From: an uncultured Rickettsiales bacterium
GTDB lineage: Bacteria > Pseudomonadota > Alphaproteobacteria > WRAU01 > CAYYLE01
Direction: 5' to 3'
Assembly (NCBI GenBank): GCA_964472375.1
Contig: CAYYLE010000010.1
Span: forward strand, 2,421 to 26,420
Length of the DNA: 24,000 bases
Shown piece by piece: positions 23,115 to 24,000 of this stretch (within the stretch, counting starts at the first letter, position 1; each line of letters starts with the position of its first letter). The position numbers and the translations under genes are program-made. The notes beneath the pieces are model-generated. The model did no database searches. It saw nothing but the letters and a program-made list of their open reading frames with translations, and was not told the origin of the DNA.

Positions 23115-24000
23115 TTAGCTTATGAAACCTCCGCCTAAAAGACGGTTGTTTTGGTATATTGCACAAAGTTGCCCAGGTGCAGGAGAAAATACACCTCCTT
23201 CAAAAACAACATGTGCCTTGTCATCTTCTAAAAAAGTAATTGTAGCATCTGCAAGGGTTTGTTTTGCACGAACTTTAGCCTGAAGCTTTAAAGTATTGCC
23301 AACTTTATAGTCACTTTCCTTGCCAAGCCAGTTAAATTCTGTTAATGTAAGCTCTTGTTTTTCAAGCTCATCTTTTGTGCCTACAACAACTTCTGATTTT
23401 TCTGCATTAATTGCAATAACATATAAAATATCATTGCTATCTTCTATGCCTATGCCTCTTCTTTGCCCAACAGTAAAGTTTACAATGCCTTTGTGCTTGC
23501 CTAAAACATCACCTTTTTTGTTTACAATATTGCCTTCTTTAAAAGAGCTTGGGCTTAAAAGCTTTACAGTTTCAGAATATTTACCATCTGCAACAAAGCA
23601 AAGGTCGTTGCTTGATGGTTTATCAGCAACTGAAAGATTAAACTTTCTTGCTATTTCTCTTACTTGGTTTTTGGTTAAATGCGCTAAAGGAAAGCGAATG
23701 TGTTTTAAACTTTGTTTTTTAACGCATGCTAAAAAATAACTTTGGTCTCTAATATCAACATCACCTTTTAATATAGAGCCACCTAGGTCTTTATCGTCTT
23801 TCCAAGTAATATAATGCCCTGTCACAAGGTAATCAGCCCCTATGTTAAAAGCCTCTTGCAACATTGCATCAAACTTAATTTCTCTATTGCATCTAATACA
23901 AGGGTTTGGGGTTCTACCTGCTGAATAATCATCTGCAAATGTAGAGATTATGTTTTGCATAAACTTTTCACTAAAATCAACCATGTTGTACTTAATGCCA
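23115..24000 (-). CDS. mnmA: tRNA-specific 2-thiouridylase MnmA, C-terminal about 295 aa; the 5' part (PP-loop) lies beyond the window end
   Basis: 'GRTPNPCIRCNREIKFDAMLQEA..GADYLVTGHY', 'DQSYFL', 'FPL..LTKNQVREIA', 'DSNDLCFV' and the C-terminal barrel ending 'PGQLCAIYQNNRLLGGGFI'. The frame stays open upstream of the listed Met to nt 24000 (..GIKYNMVDF), and the N-terminal ATP-binding 'SGGVDS' region is not in the window. Confidence 0.9.
   Translation of the reverse strand, partial: GIKYNMVDFSEKFMQNIISTFADDYSAGRTPNPCIRCNREIKFDAMLQEAFNIGADYLVTGHYITWKDDKDLGGSILKGDVDIRDQSYFLACVKKQSLKHIRFPLAHLTKNQVREIARKFNLSVADKPSSNDLCFVADGKYSETVKLLSPSSFKEGNIVNKKGDVLGKHKGIVNFTVGQRRGIGIEDSNDILYVIAINAEKSEVVVGTKDELEKQELTLTEFNWLGKESDYKVGNTLKLQAKVRAKQTLADATITFLEDDKAHVVFEGGVFSPAPGQLCAIYQNNRLLGGGFIS

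Overview
AT-rich (about 30% GC from spot counts of single lines) Gram-negative chromosomal segment. The plsY-dprA-topA-rnr block, RlpA and an MltB-family transglycosylase suggest a small-genome, alphaproteobacterium-like organism. That attribution is an inference, not a database result. I support 20 protein-coding genes (2 cut by the window edges), 1 heavily decayed transporter pseudogene, a few hairpin terminators and one promoter/operator candidate. I found no rRNA, tRNA, CRISPR array, IS element or integrase. Layout: (i) 1-2569 (+): a 5'-truncated AsnA/AsnRS-like class II synthetase core, then a compact pyrF / minimal PRTase / pyrD-like cluster. (ii) 2570-3038: an unusually long non-coding gap with a GC-richer nested hairpin. 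(iii) 3039-10424 (-): a complete, tightly packed eight-gene counterpart of the E. coli php-yhfSTUWXYZ cluster, ordered yhfZ-yhfY-yhfU-yhfT-php-yhfS-yhfX-yhfW. It combines a regulator, a PRD protein, a DUF2620 protein, a permease, a phosphotriesterase-homology amidohydrolase, two PLP-fold enzymes and a phosphopentomutase-like metalloenzyme. To my knowledge its substrate and pathway are unknown, so this is the best candidate for an undescribed system here. (iv) 10533-17053 (-): rnr, topA, dprA, plsY. (v) cdd (+), then a DASS/SLC13 transporter, rlpA and a lytic transglycosylase (-). (vi) 21389-22105: a degraded DAACS (GltP/DctA-type) symporter pseudogene. (vii) A secreted putative outer-membrane beta-barrel protein and the 3' part of mnmA (-). 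All family assignments come from reading the translated ORFs against remembered family signatures. No alignments or searches were run.
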